A stretch of 63,804 nucleotides of DNA, counting the filler, from Bigelowiella natans CCMP2755 (taxonomy: Eukaryota; Protista; Cercozoa): assembly GCA_000320545.1 (NCBI GenBank). It is 10 parts of 10 records of this genome, joined end to end, with 100 filler letters (N's around TTAATTAATTAA, not from the genome) between each part and the next. Parts side by side here need not be neighbours in the genome. Positions count along the whole stretch, not along the records: positions 32,783 to 44,011 come from ADNK01002521.1; positions 44,112 to 49,536 come from ADNK01001973.1; positions 49,637 to 51,465 come from ADNK01001374.1; positions 51,566 to 54,024 come from ADNK01001227.1; 6 more parts are not named here. One strand, given 5' to 3'. Numbering within the stretch: position 1 is the stretch's first letter; every line of letters begins with the position of its first letter. Under the pieces are notes generated by a model. The model did not search any database, was not told where the DNA came from, and was given only the letters and a program-made list of their open reading frames with translations. This document shows positions 37,270 to 51,853 of the stretch, piece after piece. Made by a program: the position numbers and the translations under genes.

Positions 37270-38208
37270 CTCTCGATGATGATGGTACTGATGGTGAAAC
37301 TTGGTGTTACTGTTTACATTATTCATGAAATTCGATTCCCAGCCCCCCCCCTCTCCCCCCTTAAAATCATTCCAACGGTTCTCTACCTTCTGTCGCTTTC
37401 TTAAACTAAAAATCACAACGAATGTGCTTGAAAGGTCCTGTCTAGGGTGGGCACACCGACCTTTGGAGATAGGTGTATCTGAACGTCTTAATCAAACCTA
37501 TTATTATTATTCATGATGAAGATTCAGAGAGTAGTACTGCTGCAACTAAAGCGATAATAATCTTTCTCACGACTGCAGCCCTGTCTTCGATGTTTTTGGC
37601 AAGCACACATGCGTAAATCCTGCCCATGGAAATGCCGCAGATGATAATTGTCAAGAGGATGTGAAAATACCAAAAATCCGCACGTATTATTTTGACATAT
37701 TCTCCATATTTTGTAAAGTGGCTCGGATATTTCCAGCGTATTTAACGTCCTTTCACAAGGCATCGAGGTGGGTATTCTTCGCAATTCTAGCTGCTGTGCA
37801 TGTGTAAAATACATTATGTGCGGAGAGTTTACTTCAAAATCCTTCCCCTCAACGACGTCACAGGCGAGGGCACGTGAGTTGGACTGGGAAGACGATGGTA
37901 CCCCCCTTGGAGCACGCCAGGCTGCAAAAGACCTCTACGTCTATGGTAATAAGTACTTGTAGGTTGGGGGGGGGTGGGGTTGGATAAATTTCGCCGCGTT
38001 TTTTCAGCAAGCATTAGTTTGCCTCAAGTGTGTTTATGCTGGTTCCGATTGTTTCCAATGATGAGCAGGCGGAGCTCAAAACATCATGAACGAGATCTCT
38101 TTATCAACCGCTGAGTCGAAGAAGTCGCAGCAGCAGCTGCTGCCCTTCGATGCAGCGGGAGTTGATGTGGGTGATGAGGATAAGTCAACAAGGAAGAGAA
38201 GCAAATGA
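32916..38208 (+). CDS. CPA2 K+/H+ antiporter with KTN domain (KEA3/KefC-like), 5'-partial
   Basis: GFSDTLGAFLAGALLADTNY, VEADLRPFKGLLLGLFFVTTG, GGEFAFVVLSLA, PVIICGFGRKGQ, GFRVVYG, IPVFATARD; stop 38206-38208. Confidence 0.9.
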
Positions 38209-38695
38209 TTATGAGTACGGTAAGTATTGATTCCGTGTGTATAGTACTTATGCGCTGATCTAGTGCCCTAGTATCGCCATCGCTGCCTCCAGCTGCAGAT
38301 GGCAGCAGCAGCTCTTAGCGAAGTGAAATGGCGTAGTTTACTCTGAAAATCTACGACAACAGTCAGTCATCATTGTCGGATTCTCTGTAGCTTTTAGCGC
38401 GTGTGCGCAAAGCAACAATACATGCATGCAGCCTGATGAGGCGCTGGTTTACACACCACTGTGAGAACTAGCTAGCTAGGGAAAGCTGTGCGCACCTACG
38501 TGACGATGCACAATACTAGAATACCCAGCGGTCATGTCTACATGCATGTGCTCGTCGTGGCACATAGACGCGCCAGCAGTACGTATATCGAAGACCTTTA
38601 TTGCATGTAAGTTAAGAACATATTAGTATGACGAGTTTATTGTGCCCGTGCAGTGTAGCCGATTCCATTAAGAATAGCATATCTCTGCAACTCTT

Positions 38696-38737
<42 letters not shown>

Positions 38738-38959
38738 CATATAGCATGACATGCTTTGCACGCTCCGTCCGAGTGTGTTGCAATTCGCATCGTAACTAGA
38801 TTATAAATTCATCACATAATAATACATCGGTAAGTGTACGGTAGTAGGCAGAGCTCACTGGCAATTGCCAATGCTGCATACGCTTTATATCTACGTTATA
38901 TTTGCTTATGAAGTAACGCAATGAGCGATGTCCTCCCTGAACTTCGCATCTTTATTTTT

Positions 38960-39095
38960 CTAATTCTCTCCCCGCTTCGTAGCGGTAGCAGATTTTAAGA
39001 GCTCGATGTTGCGACTTAGGATTTCTTGCAGAATCTCCAGCTTATGTCGCCCCAGAGAGACGGCGAGGAGCTTGATTACAATCGTAGAGGTATAT

Positions 39096-39133
<38 letters not shown>

Positions 39134-40171
39134 ACATACACACACATACACATAGAGAGGGGGGGGGGAAGTGAGAGCAATGTAGATAATATTTTTAAAA
39201 AGAAGTGTTATTTTAGATATGACACACCTCACTCTGAAGCTGTGGGTCTTTTTTTATTTGTCCTCCTTTCCTCTGCTGCTGTAGCTGTTGTTGTTGTGAC
39301 AACGAAGAGATTTCCTGCAGCGCCTCCTCAGCTAATTCGCACACCCCAACATTCAAACTTGAAAATATGTGCATCAGCCGGTATTGGGAGTCCATTGCCG
39401 CCCGACGAACATCGTCTCCACGTAGTAGCATATATCTTAGAATGTTTAGGCCTATAGTGAGGATATCTATGCGACCGATATCGACTTTGATCTTCTGCAT
39501 CTTCCGCTCCTCTCTAGGAACTGATGATGACGATGGTGGTGGTGATGATGATGATGATGATGATGATGACGACGATGACGACGATCCTGCTCTTGTTAAC
39601 AGAGAGCGATCGTTCAGAAGTGCTGCTATAACTATTACAATGCCATTCTTCTGTGAGAATATTTCGTCGTCGTCTTCTAGGGAATGATGCTGATGCCTAT
39701 GCTTGTATGTGCTAGATGTATTGTCTTTGCTTTGGCCATCATCTGTTTTTCCTTCCACGGCACCTCCACCACCTCGTGTGTTATTGCTGCCATTCGAATC
39801 ACCCCTCCTAGTCGCTTTTAGCTTTTTTGTAGAAGAAGAAACGATCTACAAACAACCGCAAAGAAGCCCATATTATTCATTATCAATGTCGTCGTAGTAT
39901 CATCATGACCACAATGATAAGATGCCGCAAAAAGGATTCGTTATCCTTGATTTTGTAGCAATATCATTGTTTGGAGAAATACATCAAATCCATCTAAACT
40001 AGATAGCACCTCATCCTTTAAGCGATGTAGTGCCCATACCACCAAAGGAGGTAGTGGACATTCGAATATCAACCGTTTCTGTAGTAGTAGTGGTTGTTTT
40101 AGTAGTAGTTGTAGTAGTAGTAGTATAGATGACGACGAGGATTTTAAAGTCAGAAGATCGGTATCATCAAA

Positions 40172-40211
<40 letters not shown>

Positions 40212-40227
40212 GAGAGTAAGAAAGAGA

Positions 40228-40269
<42 letters not shown>

Positions 40270-40606
40270 TCCATCATTTCTCTTCATACTTCGCTTTGAT
40301 ATCGTATGTCATTACCATCATCATCATCATCTTCATCATCATCATCATCAAAGTACTTCTCTTCAACATCATTACCAGCAGCTCAAGCTTTGGCTGAGGA
40401 GTAAGGGCGGCAAGGACGGATTCTAATGCCTTGGTGGCCTCTCCTCTTATCAAAGGATATGCGGCCATCACACTAGCAAGCAGTTTGACGATTTTAAAAG
40501 CGTTGCTCCAATCCTTACTAATTCCAACCTGTAGATCAGTAGTACCATTACGTTTGTATGAATGCACTTGTGTGTGCGTATGTGCGTATGTGTGTGTGCG
40601 TATGTA

Positions 40607-40644
<38 letters not shown>

Positions 40645-42928
40645 GCAGTCGCTCTTTTCCACACTAGCCCCCTCCCCCCCCTTCACTTTTTTCCTTTGAC
40701 TCATTTATTTCATCTCCTTTTTCTTCTTCTTCATCATCTTCTTCTTCATCATCATCATCTCAGATTGCATCCTACCCTTCTGGAAAACGCACGATGCAGC
40801 AGAATCACCCCGATCACAACACGTGGCCCTAACTTGCCTTCGACGAGGTATTCCAATGATATCTTCGCTTGATGCATGGAGAGGAGGGGGAGAAATTCTG
40901 GGCGGCTATCATCATCCCCGCTAATATTATCTGAGGATGAATCGTGACAGCGTCCTAATACCATGCATGCGAAGATGCTAGCCCCCTCTACTAGATCTTC
41001 CTCGAAACCCTCCCCCTCTTCAGCAATATCACCATTGTTCTCCTCCTCCTCCTCCTTCTCCTCCCTTATCTCCTCACAACACTCGTGGCGGAGGATGTCC
41101 TGCACCGAAAGAACAGAAGGAAAATGATTACGGCCATTCGTCGCAACAGCTTCGCACTAGCGAACCGGGGGGGGGGAGAACGTGAGGAATGAAAACATGA
41201 CTGCTTCTCGCTATTTGATGTAGCTTTATAGCCGTGGTGCACCAAGATGATGATACGAGCATTACTAATCATCGCTATCACCAACGCTATCATCGATGAG
41301 AACAGGGGGGGGGGAGAAAGACAAACTTGCTGATAACAAGAAAACCTGAAGAATGCTGAGTGCATGAGGTCTAAGCGCGGACGAGTTTAATATGGAGAAG
41401 CAATTGGAGAGGAGAGCAGCTTTAACCTCTTCTTTTTCCTCCTCCTTTTCCATTTTTTTCCTCTTGCATTTTTCAGGTAGTAGCAGACGCGGCAGCACCA
41501 CCGGAGCAATAGCTTGGAGAGAAACCATGAGGAGCTCGCATGCAGCTTTCACAGCGATCTTCTCAGAAGAGGGAAAGCATAATTTAGTGCTGCTGCCGCT
41601 GCTACTACTACTACTTCTACCAGGCTTGATCAGGTCCAAGATCAATTGGACGACAGAGAAAAACTCGTAAGGGAACTGGGAACCGTGGTTCTGTAATCGG
41701 CAAGATAATTCAATTGCAATAAAAACAAAACGAATATGTGGAAGAGGGACATATATCAGTATTTCGTCGGGGACGAGAAGACCAAATAAATTGAATACCT
41801 CTTCATACTCATCCCTTATGTTACAGATCCACCATAGTTTGTGAGTAATTGCGCTGAACAGTTTTGCGTATGTAAGGTGAGGCTTTCGTGATATCCTCGA
41901 GGACGCCTAATAGCGGGAGCAAGTTGGCATCCTATTGAAGAAACTTGCGATATGATATCTCAGAACATTTGTCTTTCACCTTCTGCGAAAGCTTTAGCAA
42001 AAATTCGAGTTCCACCACGGGGGAATTAATTATCTGAGGAAAGAAGTGAAGTCGAGGACAAGATCAGAGGCTGTTGTCTGCTGTCGCACTGTGCCTTTAT
42101 AAAATCATAGAAGTAAGGGGATTCGTTGTTGCCTTACTTTACTTCGAATGGCCGGGATCAGACTTAGCATAAGCTCTTTACTAGGAACAAGACCCGCAAG
42201 CCATTGGCATGTTTGTCTTAAGAGAAAAAACAAAGAAAATACTTAGTAATCGAGTCAAGAATCGACTTTTGGAACTTTCATTGCTTGAAGGCAATCTCTC
42301 CTAAAATTTATCACGTACACTACACACACGAACACATGCACGCACAAATAAACAAATTTGAATAATATTGTATGTAAGTATCGGTATATGTAAATATCAA
42401 AACAAGTATTTGCATGTAAATCTGTATATATATTAATATAATATATTTCTATATATACACATATTTATATGTGTATCTAATTTATGTGTTACACGATTTG
42501 ACGGGAGAATGGGAGAAGGATCGGCGTCTTTGAATGGGAGTCCCCTGGTAATTTCCCGAGGGAGGATAGTGCAAGACGTAACGACGCATCAAATAGGTCC
42601 CAACCAACGACTTCGAGGATCTGCGAGAATATGCCCCCATGATATATTTTTAGCTTGCTACATATGACTCGAAAGATATGCACGGTGGACGATCAACGTG
42701 GGAGTTTCATGCCTTTCTGAGATCAGAATCTTGGTTCTTGAAGCGCTTCCCTAGCATGGAAACGACGTTCTCAACTCTTTCTGCTGCTTTGACCTCATCC
42801 AATCCCACCTCACTGACATGCCTCGCGAAAGCATCAACAAGATCTTGCCGCGCGTCGTCTTCATCCGCAGGGGAGAGGGAACGAGCCACGAAGCGTTGAT
42901 GGCCTTCTCCGATGGAGCTCTCGCTCAT
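38960..42928 (-). CDS. glomulin/ALF4/Ybp1-family helical protein (putative)
   Basis: EVVGWDLF, CSSKELMLSL, ALHRLKDEV, ILTIGLNILRYMLLRG resemble conserved segments of this family; multi-exon. Confidence 0.6.
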
Positions 42929-43615
42929 CGCCACCCGTCAATGGCGTCGATTCAACAAATACTCGTTGTTTTTCTCCTTGCGACCAACAAAAAATATGTG
43001 TCGCACTAATCCTATTTTCTAACTTCCGGCTCGAATTCCTTTCGAGCATCATGGAGCAATGCATTCATTGAGGAGGTTGTCACGGACGAGTTAGCGAGAC
43101 CTGTGACACTTTCAACCACTCCTGTGGAACTGCTTCGCATTCTGATGATCCTTTCCATTTGTCCTTTTTGAAAACACTTTGCTCGGTGTTCCACACTCAC
43201 GCACTCGCTCGCATCCCTTGTCACATTCGCCCAGTTTGCAGAACTCTCTCTGGCTCTCGGTGTCAAACAAAACAGTCATGTGTTGATCACACAAGCCACA
43301 ACACCTGTGCTCTAGCGCTCAGTGCCACGGTGGATGATCACAATTGCTCATGGCATCATGTTCTAGTGTTGATCGTCCATCTACACACATCTCTGTTCGA
43401 CATCGCTTGGATGAGTCCACTAGCTAGCTCTAGCTAGCTAGTGGACTCAACTCTAGCTAGCTAGATCTAGAGATGCGTCGATCATAGCGACCACGCGTCA
43501 AGACGTGCTAGCGTGTCGCTCGTGTTTCACTACCCACCACTCACGTGTGCACGCCAGCTAGCCAGCCACGCCAGGACGCCCTACGCACCTAGCAGCTAGC
43601 GCCAGCTAGCCAGCA

Positions 43616-44011
43616 TGTTGCGCGTAAGGTGTTCACAGGCCGAGGCGCTACGTGCACAAGTAGGCAGGGGGGGGGAAAGGCACGTTTGCTTCCTTTTGAA
43701 GAGTTGTGTTTATTTTTATTAAAGATTATATTTTTATTAAATCGTGCACTGCGTAATCATTCGCGAAGCTTTCGCGAATGCCGCCGCACGTGGGGCAGCA
43801 CACTTCCGGTGTGCTGCCATGAGTCCCGCCGGAACCCACGTGCCTATGCTGTATTAATATCTACGTTATCTATATTCTATATCCGCGACAACCCCTTTGT
43901 TGTCGCACGTGACTTGTGCCCGCGTAGTGGTACGCGCTACACCTCCCCCAAGTCACGTTGCTCCTTCCTTCCTTCCTTATTCCCTTAGACCTTCATCGCT
44001 TTCGGAACTTC
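43616..44011 (-). mobile_element. LTR retrotransposon copy 3: 3' LTR (43616-43941), PPT and last pol codons, truncated by contig end
   Basis: identical by eye to 13527-13922; flank AGCA differs from copies 1 and 2. Confidence 0.96.
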
Positions 44012-44200
44012 NNNNNNNNNNNNNNNNNNNNNNNNNNNNNNNNNNNNNNNNNNNNTTAATTAATTAANNNNNNNNNNNNNNNNNNNNNNNNNNNNNNNNN
44101 NNNNNNNNNNNCCCCCCCCCCCCCCCCCCCCCCCCCCTTCCGTCAGTAGCCGCTGCAAACAAGAATAAGAAAAGGCAAGAGACCCTCCTCCCCCTCACAG

Positions 44201-45103
44201 GTGCTGGAGATGATATGCAGCTACCTCCCGAAACGCTTTCCCGAGTCGTTTGAGGAAGCAAACGGTAGACACGTCTAGGACAAACAACGGAGAAATGAAT
44301 TCCTGAAATGATTATAAGATAGTAAATACACACACACACACACACTCATATATATATTATATGATGCTCTGATGGTAATAAAGGAGTTGTCACAGCGTTA
44401 AGCACCGGAGAGCGCCTTGACCTGAAGCAATGGAGAGCGAAGGTGGAGGAGCAGCAGTCAGCCTCTTCCGAACGGTAGTAGTCGTGGAAGTAGTAGTAGA
44501 TTGCGCTGTGTAGTATCACCGTGAGCGCGATCGTGGAGGGTGACTAAATGGTGGTTCGCTCTGCCCTGCCCTCAGCGCTCTAGAAGCTGTATCGCGCCTC
44601 GTCCAAGAAGATTTCGTGCTGGTAAGGCTCCATTATCATTTATCATAATTGTTGTTATCATCATCAATGAGTATTAGTAAATAGTAGTAGTAGTAGTAGT
44701 AGTAGTAGCAACAGTAATAGCAATCCAATGATACCACTGTTCAGGAACTAAATTGCCGCTCCTTTCATCATCCTCCCCGACCCCCGCCCTTCTTCCTCTC
44801 CCTTGAATCTTCACTCTTATCAGTTGAAGGATCATACATTTCATGCTGGTTGCGTGGTAGACTATTCTCTCCAATTCCACCACTATGGTGTATGCTCATT
44901 TTGGTCGTGGCGTATGTATTTTAACATATCAGAATTTCTGTACCCAACGTTTTTTGCTGAAATTGCCTCACCCCCCTCCCCCCCCCTGCCCCTCTTCTTG
45001 TCTACTATTAGGTGTCTTCGTTCGGACGCCTCCGCGAGCGATTCAATTTTGATCTCAGGTGGTTGTGGTTGTGGTTGTGGTTGTGGTTGTGGTTGTGAGT
45101 GTG

Positions 45104-45141
<38 letters not shown>

Positions 45142-45591
45142 TGTGAGTGAGTGTGAGTGAGTAGATGTTGGTGCAGGAACTAGTACAGATCTTCCCCCCC
45201 CCCCCCTTTTTATCTTTGTTTTCCTCCTCCTCCTCCTCCTCCTCCTCCTCCTCCTTCTCCCCCCTTTCTTCTTCCTCCTCTTCCCCTCGATCATCTCCCT
45301 GGTTTTATCATTCTCGACGGTACCTCTCCATCCACCGTCTATCATCATCTCGTAGAGAGATCCACAGCAAAGTGCACGGGTATGAGAGCGACCTCCACAA
45401 TCCAGTGACGCGATTTTTCAACGGACTGACACCAGGTGGCTGATGAGAGAGGGCAGCTTTATGCAGATAAACGCACCAATGAATCGTAGATGTCGCCGTT
45501 GCGGTGAATGCAAAAAAGGAAGGATTGAGCGATTTTCAGCCTCCGTTTCTTTCTCTATTACCTTATAAATCTCTCCTTCAATTTCTCTCTC

Positions 45592-45631
<40 letters not shown>

Positions 45632-45758
45632 CCCTCCTTGCCCTCCCCTCCCCGTCTCCCTCTATTCCTTTCGAACGGTACATAAGAAAGCAGCGATGAC
45701 ACTGATCCTGTCAAAGGAAAAAGATCATAGTGACTCTTTTTGTACAAGTGGACGCTGA

Positions 45759-45835
<77 letters not shown>

Positions 45836-46363
45836 ATATGTAAATAGACAAACCTTGCTGGAGAACCAACTGGGCCTTCACATGGTACATTACGCTTTCG
45901 CTCAACTCCTGTCGCCCTCTGCGTCGTCCCCCCCCCCCCCTTTCTCGCCCATTTGCCTAGCCGTCCGATTTCACTGTCTCGGTGCCGGCGTATGGCTCCG
46001 AGTAGTGGTTAATGCCGCCGCAGCAAACAGCAGCAGCAGCAGAAGAAGAAGAAGCAGAAGAAGAAGAAGAAGAAGAAGAGAAGAAGGAAAAGTCATCAAC
46101 TATTCTCGACGACACGCAGTGATGATTAAGATAACAAAACCACAGGCACCCTTCGCTAAAACCGCATCCGGAGCGATATCCGCATCGAAACGCCTATGCT
46201 GCTGGTAACACTAGTAGTGGTAGTAGTAGTAGTAGCAGTAGTGGTAATATCAGATAAAGGAGAGCTGTCGTTGTCGCTGCTGGCTGGCTGGCTGGTAGTG
46301 GTGGTGGTGGTGGTGGTGGTGATGACGCAGATTTCGAAGTGACACTATATACGAAGAGACGCG

Positions 46364-46410
<47 letters not shown>

Positions 46411-46519
46411 ATACACATCCACACACACACTCATTAGGGTCGAAGGACAGGGACAGCGCGGAATATATGATGAGAAAGATGGAGGTGAGATGTGATTGTG
46501 GCGACGATAAGGGTAGTGC

Positions 46520-46566
<47 letters not shown>

Positions 46567-46614
46567 ATATAAAATATGTATACCAATACTATTTGTATGT
46601 GTGTGCGTGTGTGC

Positions 46615-46645
<31 letters not shown>

Positions 46646-47472
46646 AGTGAATGAGTGTACCCGTGCTTCTGTCAGGAAAAGGGCGTGGGCGATGCTATAT
46701 GGCTAAAAGTGGAGTATCAGGTTGTTGTTGTTGGTGGTGGTGGTGTCTGTCGTTGTCGTTGTCGAACAATAATTCTAAAAGCTCGTACAAAAATTGCTGC
46801 CTGCTAGATTGAAAAAGCAAAGAACAAAACGAATAACGAGTCGTTCGTCTGCCATCGGGTTACCCCCCCCCTCCTCCTCCCCCCCACACCAACCGACCCA
46901 CGACCACCCAAACAGACCTTTAGGAGGCTGGAGAAGAATCCTGACTGCGTGCTGTTCTCAATTCGCACGTTCGTTGACCCGCTTACGACGCTTGAGACGA
47001 TGCCTGAAGCAGCCAAGTTAAGCACTAGCCAGCAGATATGATATTATATACACATTATATTGTGTACAATTCATAGTGTTGCAGTACCTTCAATGGTTGG
47101 AACAAATAACTGTGAAGGCTGGACTGCCTGATCATCTCTCTGTTTCCTCCTTGTTCCCTCTCCCCCCCCCCCGGAAGCAATCTCGCCTCTGCGAGAGATG
47201 ACAGTTTTTGCTTTGACCTCAGATATCTTGCGGCTAACATTAGCGCGGTGGAGAAGGTAAAACGATAGTCCTGAGACCAGGAGAGAGCATCTCCGCATGT
47301 ATGCTTGTGTGCCGAGTGTGGTCAAATATAATTATTTCGTTCATGTAATTACTCTATGTGTATTGGTGTACACTAAACATAGAGCTTGATACCTGTGGAT
47401 GTATGTGGAAAATTTGTGTATCTCGACGTATAAATTGCAACACAGCAAACATCTGCATCATGATCATGCAGC

Positions 47473-47508
<36 letters not shown>

Positions 47509-47612
47509 GCGCGCGCACACAGGTGGATTTTCGAAAGTATCTTGGCTTAGATGACGAAGCAGTCCGGGAGCGTATTAAATTGCATCTTGAGTCCATTAGC
47601 CTGAGCAGATAG
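44201..47612 (+). CDS. DUF3445 / heme-dependent oxidative N-demethylase alpha-subunit-like protein, 5'-partial
   Basis: YLPKRFPE, LVQEDFVL, EIHSKVHGY...VTRFFNGL, PCWRTNWAFT, LWLKVEYQ/TFRRLE...VLFSIRTFVDPL. Confidence 0.8.
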
Positions 47613-48469
47613 ATTCGCCACCAGTTCTGCACGGAATTGAAAAATTGTGCCTCCACTTGGGAAAGATTGCGCTTCATAGTGATGTAATCCTAAAATCATG
47701 CTTCAGAATGATGCTGTTTTGCCCCGGTGGAATTGGGAGTTGAATGTACTGCACACGTACATGACTAAGTCCAGTCACATTTGCGCGAAAAATGCTTCGA
47801 AGCCGCTTAGTTTTCTTGATGCATGCTTGCTCATCAACGCTAAGTCAACGCGCGCGCAAAACCACATTTTGTTAGCAGGGCTGCTCCTTCTTTTTGTCGT
47901 GCTAACACACAAGATGCGTTGGCCGTGGTGCACGCTGAAACAAGAGTAGATGTAGGCCTCAGGCATCACAGAAATCACTGCACGTTTTCACGTTTCACAA
48001 CGCTCAATTTTTCATTTGCTTCACCAACTCACAGATAATAGACATAGAAATAGCATATATAATATACATATGATATTACGTGTCTACAATACAGTGCGAA
48101 GCCCAGAAACCCTTTCATTGATGTGCATTGTTTGGGCACCATGCAGCCTCAACGCAAGCATGCTTTGTGCAAGCAAGGATGACGATTCGATGTTTTGGTC
48201 AATTGATGCCAGCTATACAGCATCAATCACAGTTAAGTTCACTGGCATCTGTCTAGTTGCATGCACATCACGGCATGGTTCTGAATGCAGCTGTCTAGCC
48301 ATGCTCATTCTCACACTCATCGCCACACAGCTGCAGTTTGCAATGTTTTGCGATGCCAATTCATGCTCATAGCGATGCATGCTACCATGTGAAATGTTGG
48401 CAATCTTGATGACCAATGGCGCAGTGAAAAGCTGATGCAACAAGATGCACATGTGCAGTCTTATGAGTG

Positions 48470-49536
48470 TCAATACAAACTGTAGACGTTGAACCCGGCC
48501 TCGTCAGCAACAGGTTTCTCCCCCGCCCCTGGAGCATGAATGGCACTGGAAGATGGCAGTGGCGTAGTCATTGATTTGTGATGATGTCCTAATGACATAG
48601 CGCTGCCAGAATGCCTCCATGCTCTGTTTGTGCTGGAGTTTCCTCGCAGGGATGTAGATACCGCAAGCTCACTGTTCGAAGAACGTGCTAAGGGCTGCTG
48701 TGAGGCTAGAGGATTGCCGACCGTCAATCTTCGCCGTTCAATGTCAGTGCTGCTCGTTCCAAAGTCAGCTGTCCTACTTTTTGACTCGCTCTTCGGGCTG
48801 CGTCCGTTATTGAACATTGAGGATTCTATGTTGCTCAACGAGGATCCATCATTTTTCTCATCACTCTTCGGCGATCTGCTGCCCTGCTGCTGCTGTTGCT
48901 GCATCGTCTCTGAGTCTTTGTTCGGTGCACCATCCGTCGACTGATGAAGTGCTCCATTGTCCGAAGACAAGTTGCGTCCTCGCTCGTCAACCACGTCGTC
49001 ATCATCATCATCATCATCATCATTACCATCATGCTTGTTGTTGTTGTTTCTCTTCTTCTTCTTCTTCTTCTTCTTCTTCTTCTTCCCTGACGCAAGCAAA
49101 AGCACACAGCATGCTACACAGCAAGTGTGATATTTGTACCGATAGCAGAAGTATCCCATCGCTGCTGCTGCGACCACAATAGCGGCGACAGCACCCCCAA
49201 TAATGGCCGATGATGAGTCTTCCCCCCCACCTCCTCCCCCTTCTCCTGCTAAGTCATCCGGTGGAGTGATTTGTCCTCCTCCTCCTCCTCCTCCTCCTCC
49301 TCCTCCCGAATTCCCCCCTGCTCCTCTGAGAGATGTTGTCGGCGAGATAGAGGGGCTGCACGTTTGAGTAGGAGCGCTGGACGTTGGGGTGGAGGAAGGC
49401 GCTGATGACGTTGGCCTCCCAGTTGGTGAGTTGGTCGGTGTTGCTGTTGGAGCACATGTTAGTGGCGTGTTCGTAGGGCCTGACGTCAGAGGGCTTTCGG
49501 TTGGCGTGGCGCTGGGAGTTTGACTTGGTGTTGCGG
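48470..49536 (-). CDS. C-terminal part of a type I membrane protein with Pro/Thr/Ser-rich stalk
   Basis: frame open from the contig edge: TPSATPTESP..., poly-G, TM AIIGGAVAAIVVAAAAMGYFCY, Cys-rich segment, poly-K, S-rich tail, stop 48470. Confidence 0.7.
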
Positions 49537-49835
49537 NNNNNNNNNNNNNNNNNNNNNNNNNNNNNNNNNNNNNNNNNNNNTTAATTAATTAANNNNNNNN
49601 NNNNNNNNNNNNNNNNNNNNNNNNNNNNNNNNNNNNCATCATCGCAGCTTCAATCGATGCTGTGTGGAGAGCCATGCGATGAAGTCAAGATGTTTAAATG
49701 CATGCACTTAGGTTCCCTATTTGCTCCAGTTTGTTTTGAAGTTGGACAATGCGTTCAGCTCTATAGATATGTAGAGTGCTATCCATATCCTTATCAGTGT
49801 ATTTTTCCATTCATGTTATATACATTGCCATTAAG

Positions 49836-50525
49836 ATGCCTTGGGAAAACGCATTTCGAGCCCACCAGCGCTCGAATGGCCTTTCCTTGCTTCGATGAGC
49901 CCGCACTCAAGGTAGCAGTAAGTAGCATGTAACAGTAAAGAACAGGATAGAGATAGATCCGCGCACAGGACCGGAACCACCATCGGTTTCTCTGCGCCCC
50001 CCCCCCTTCCCCACGAACAAGCAAGCCGTGCGCACTGTTCGTACGAAATGTCAGTTCGCAAAAAACTGATGCCATCCGTGGAATGCTGAAAATGCTGCTC
50101 TATCAATGGGGTTTTATCGGACATTATAGCATCCACAATTGTGCCCTTCCATCCCCCCCCCCCCTCCCGAGTGCAAATTGCCTATGCATGCACACAATGG
50201 ACGTTTCTCCGTGGAAGGAGGATGCTGAGGTGTCGATTGATGGTGACTCTAAACAAATGCAGGCCAACTTCTCCATCATCCTCATTCACAACGCGACCCT
50301 CAAAGCCCTCTCCAACATGCCCGCGATCTCGACGACGATGACGGGAAGAAGCGCTGAAAATGGGACGAGCGGCAGTATAGACCCTGCCTCCCACCCTATG
50401 CTAGCTGCTGCACTGAGCAAGCGCAAAAAGGTGGGGCTTTTGGAAGTTAAATTGCCTTCTGCATGTAGGAATTGATATTGATTATCAAGTTGGTTTTGGG
50501 CTGTCTTTGAGCTGTTTTGTGCCCC

Positions 50526-50571
<46 letters not shown>

Positions 50572-51465
50572 CCTATGTGTGTTGTGTGTAGATCACGCGA
50601 TTCCAGACTAGCGTTAAGATGTCGACGTATTTGGTATGAGAACATTAAACAATAAATTACACCGACCCTACACACTTCGCCCCCCCCCTTTTCCCATAGC
50701 TCGCACGTGTAGCGAGGCAGGTTATTATGGCTGTATAGAGCACAACTCAAGCTGAGTATTTACAATATCTTTCAGGTCGCCTTTATCGTTAGCGACTTCA
50801 AGCACAAATCGGCGAAAACAGCAACGAGGTGTGTTTTAGCTGTTTTCCCCTTTTTTTTTGGGGGGGGGTTCGAAGACAAAGGAAGGAAACCTGCATTTGA
50901 ATATACAGATTTAAGTTGCGAGTGTATTGCATGTGTGTGTGTGTGTGTGTGCGTGTGTGCGTGTGCGCGCCGAAAGTAACATGACACTACTACTGCTTCC
51001 TCCTCCTCCTCCTCCTATAACAGAGGTCTCCCCGTATCTGTATGGGCCCCTGCTCACCAAATCAAGCAGGTAGCTCGTCTTCATCGTCGTACGTCGTTGT
51101 TGTAGTTGTTGTAGTTGCCATCGTCGTGCAGTTTGCATAATAATGCTTCAAAGTGTAGAGTACACACGTACACACGTACACACACACGTACACACACACA
51201 CACACACACACACACGTACACACACACAAAACCATGGGTTATATGATAAGGCTGAATATGCCCTCGCCGCCGCGACAAGAATTCTCGACTTCTACGAGAC
51301 GTATTTCGAGTTGGACTTCCCGCTGCCAAAGCAGGTGCTCTTTCACCTTCCCCCCCCCCCTCCCCCCCTCTCTTTCCTCCCACCCCTCTCTCCCTACCCT
51401 ACCAAGAAAACGCATTGACATTTATTCACTTTTACGTTTGCTTTCTATAGGATCTTGTCGCCATC
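49836..51465 (+). CDS. M1-family aminopeptidase, internal exons
   Basis: THFEPTSARMAFPCFDEPALK/ANFSI...ALSNMP, FQTSVKMSTYL/VAFIVSDF, ILDFYETYFELDFPLPKQ/DLVAI. Confidence 0.92.
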
Positions 51466-51687
51466 NNNNNNNNNNNNNNNNNNNNNNNNNNNNNNNNNNN
51501 NNNNNNNNNTTAATTAATTAANNNNNNNNNNNNNNNNNNNNNNNNNNNNNNNNNNNNNNNNNNNNTCACTTGATTTCATGTAGTCGATCATCAGCATTCC
51601 TCTTGTTTTGCTGTCATAAATGTTGTTGTTGATGTTGTTGTTGTTGTTTGTTTGGTTGCGCGCGTCTGCCTTTTCTTTCTCCCTCAG

Positions 51688-51783
51688 GTTTGTCAAGGAT
51701 GGAGATCACAATGAGATCGAAGTAGCTATACAACTACATCACATTTTGATGAGAAAACGCGCACACTACCACCTACATAATAT

Positions 51784-51853
<70 letters not shown>

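Noticed and set aside
31777-44011. Copies 2 and 3 as two ends of one element
   Set aside because: Orientations are opposite and flanks in element orientation (TGGC vs TGCT) do not form a TSD.
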